In this document: in pieces, positions 38,686 to 39,554 of the stretch
Numbering within the stretch: position 1 is the first letter of the stretch
Layout of the letters: the number at the start of each line of letters is the position of its first letter
IMG/VR virus record: IMGVR_UViG_3300028625_000003
Coordinates: 1-39,554 of that record
DNA length: 39,554 bases
Source: a virus
Direction: 5' to 3' (one strand)
Made by a program: the position numbers and the translations under genes
The notes under the pieces: model-generated
What the model was told of the DNA's origin: nothing
The model's database searches: none
The model's input: only the letters and a program-made list of their open reading frames with translations

Positions 38686-39048
38686 TTACTCCTTGGCGGT
38701 GGGGACCAGGCGTCCCCGCTCGTCCCGCCCATTGGCCACCCGCGCCAATCCCCCGGCGCGATGCCAGGCCCGCTTGTCCCCGGCGGTGGCCACGCGGTAG
38801 CCCTTCCGGCCCCAGGCTGCGAGCAGCCGGTGGACTTCCGCCGCGCCGAACATCCGGACGCGCTCGGTATAGCGGGCCCGCGTCCAGGCCGCATAGTGCC
38901 CCTGCTCCCGGTGCCAGTCGTTGTGGCATTGGCTGTGGCAGGGCACCGTCTCTCCGGCCGGATCGCCGCCGTCGACGCGAGGTACCAGGTGATGGTGGTG
39001 GAGTTCGTCGGGCGAGATCTCGCGGTGACAGAAGAAACAGGTGGTCAC
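38686..39048 (-). CDS. HNH endonuclease
   Basis: ORF track 38686..39048; GTG after GGAGGG. CFFCHREISPDELHHHHLVPRVDGG...VPCHSQCHNDWH. Confidence 0.8.
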   Translation of the reverse strand: MTTCFFCHREISPDELHHHHLVPRVDGGDPAGETVPCHSQCHNDWHREQGHYAAWTRARYTERVRMFGAAEVHRLLAAWGRKGYRVATAGDKRAWHRAGGLARVANGRDERGRLVPTAKE

Positions 39049-39212
39049 GGTACCCTCCGGCGGCCGGCCATACTGCGGAGCAGCTGGTCTAGGCAGCAGA
39101 TCACGTCCCAGCGGTGCAGGCGATGGCTGCCGCAGCGGGGGCAGAGGGACGGGCGGATGTAATAGGCGATATCGCCGGGGCCATAGGTCGTACCGCAGTG
39201 GGGACAGAACAT
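39045..39212 (-). CDS. zinc-ribbon protein (55 aa)
   Basis: Inside ORF 39045..39233; ATG 39212 overlaps the stop of the DUF5131 gene. MFCPHCG...CPRCG. Confidence 0.55.
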   Translation of the reverse strand: MFCPHCGTTYGPGDIAYYIRPSLCPRCGSHRLHRWDVICCLDQLLRSMAGRRRVP

Positions 39213-39554
39213 CAGCGCAGCTCCTCCGGCCATTCCTGGCGCAGCTCGCCCGGCCAGTAGGGCCGGAGATTGTTCTTCATAAAGACCGGGATCTCGTAGC
39301 GCGCCGCGGCGTCAAGGATTGGGTCAATCCACGCTGCGGAGGGGGCGTGCTGCTTGGCCCCGGCCCCGGTATAAGCCCCGACGATGACCCACTCGATATT
39401 CCACAGGTTGAGGTCTGGCGGCGGCCCCAGCAACGGTTCGAACGAGAGAAAGTGCGGGGCCTCGACCTGTTCAAAAAGCGCCAGCTTCCGCGCGTCCAGG
39501 CTCGGGACTTCCCCGGTTAGCGTCAAGCCGGCCCAGGCGTCGAGCGGAAAGGTC
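39212..39554 (-). CDS. DUF5131 / Gp37-Gp68 family protein, C-terminal part (same gene as 1..450; 39428..39554 duplicates 1..127)
   Basis: ORF track 39212..39526. The frame is open to the window end and continues into nt 128..450 after circularisation. Confidence 0.8.
   Translation of the reverse strand, partial: TFPLDAWAGLTLTGEVPSLDARKLALFEQVEAPHFLSFEPLLGPPPDLNLWNIEWVIVGAYTGAGAKQHAPSAAWIDPILDAAARYEIPVFMKNNLRPYWPGELRQEWPEELR
39428..39554. repeat. Terminal direct repeat, copy 2
   Basis: Identical to nt 1-127. Confidence 0.97.

Overview
Complete, circularly closed genome of a GC-rich (roughly two-thirds G+C by eye) tailed dsDNA phage with a siphovirus-type morphogenesis module. The first 127 nt recur exactly as the last 127 nt, so the unique sequence is 39,427 bp. 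One gene (DUF5131 / Gp37-Gp68 family) runs through the window junction. Layout: (i) An AT-rich divergent switch region (5541-5720) separates a leftward ribbon-helix-helix (RHH; Cro/Arc-like) gene from a rightward XRE-HTH repressor-like gene. (ii) Rightward come the repressor, two small membrane proteins, a beta-class N6A/N4C DNA methyltransferase fused to an Mrr-like nuclease-fold domain, and two small ORFs. A consensus promoter plus intrinsic terminator (8898-9011) then precedes a ~20 kb late operon (9027-29079): small membrane proteins, TerS, TerL, portal, Mu-F/gp7-like protein, protease-scaffold, decoration-like protein, major capsid, neck, tail tube, G/GT frameshift chaperones, tape measure, distal tail proteins and tail fibre. 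(iii) Leftward, a long translationally coupled early operon runs 5540 -> 1, through the junction, and on to about 31417. It carries a DnaD-like initiator with internal iterons, a DnaB helicase, two HNH nucleases, many small CxxC zinc-ribbon proteins and a tRNA-like element. (iv) An accessory island (29321-31411) lies between the tail fibre gene and the end of the early operon. It holds two membrane proteins leftward and an opposite-strand two-gene cassette under a perfect consensus promoter with an inverted-repeat operator. I found no integrase, partition genes, CRISPR array, rRNA or canonical endolysin. The most interesting signals are a four-copy conserved GAAA-tetraloop hairpin element just upstream of ribosome-binding sites, a lambda PR'-tR'-like late promoter/terminator, the acr-aca-like cassette, a tRNA-like element with a truncated anticodon arm, iterons inside the initiator gene, and two short ORFs with no stop codon of their own. 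All family assignments come from motif recognition by eye, not database searches.
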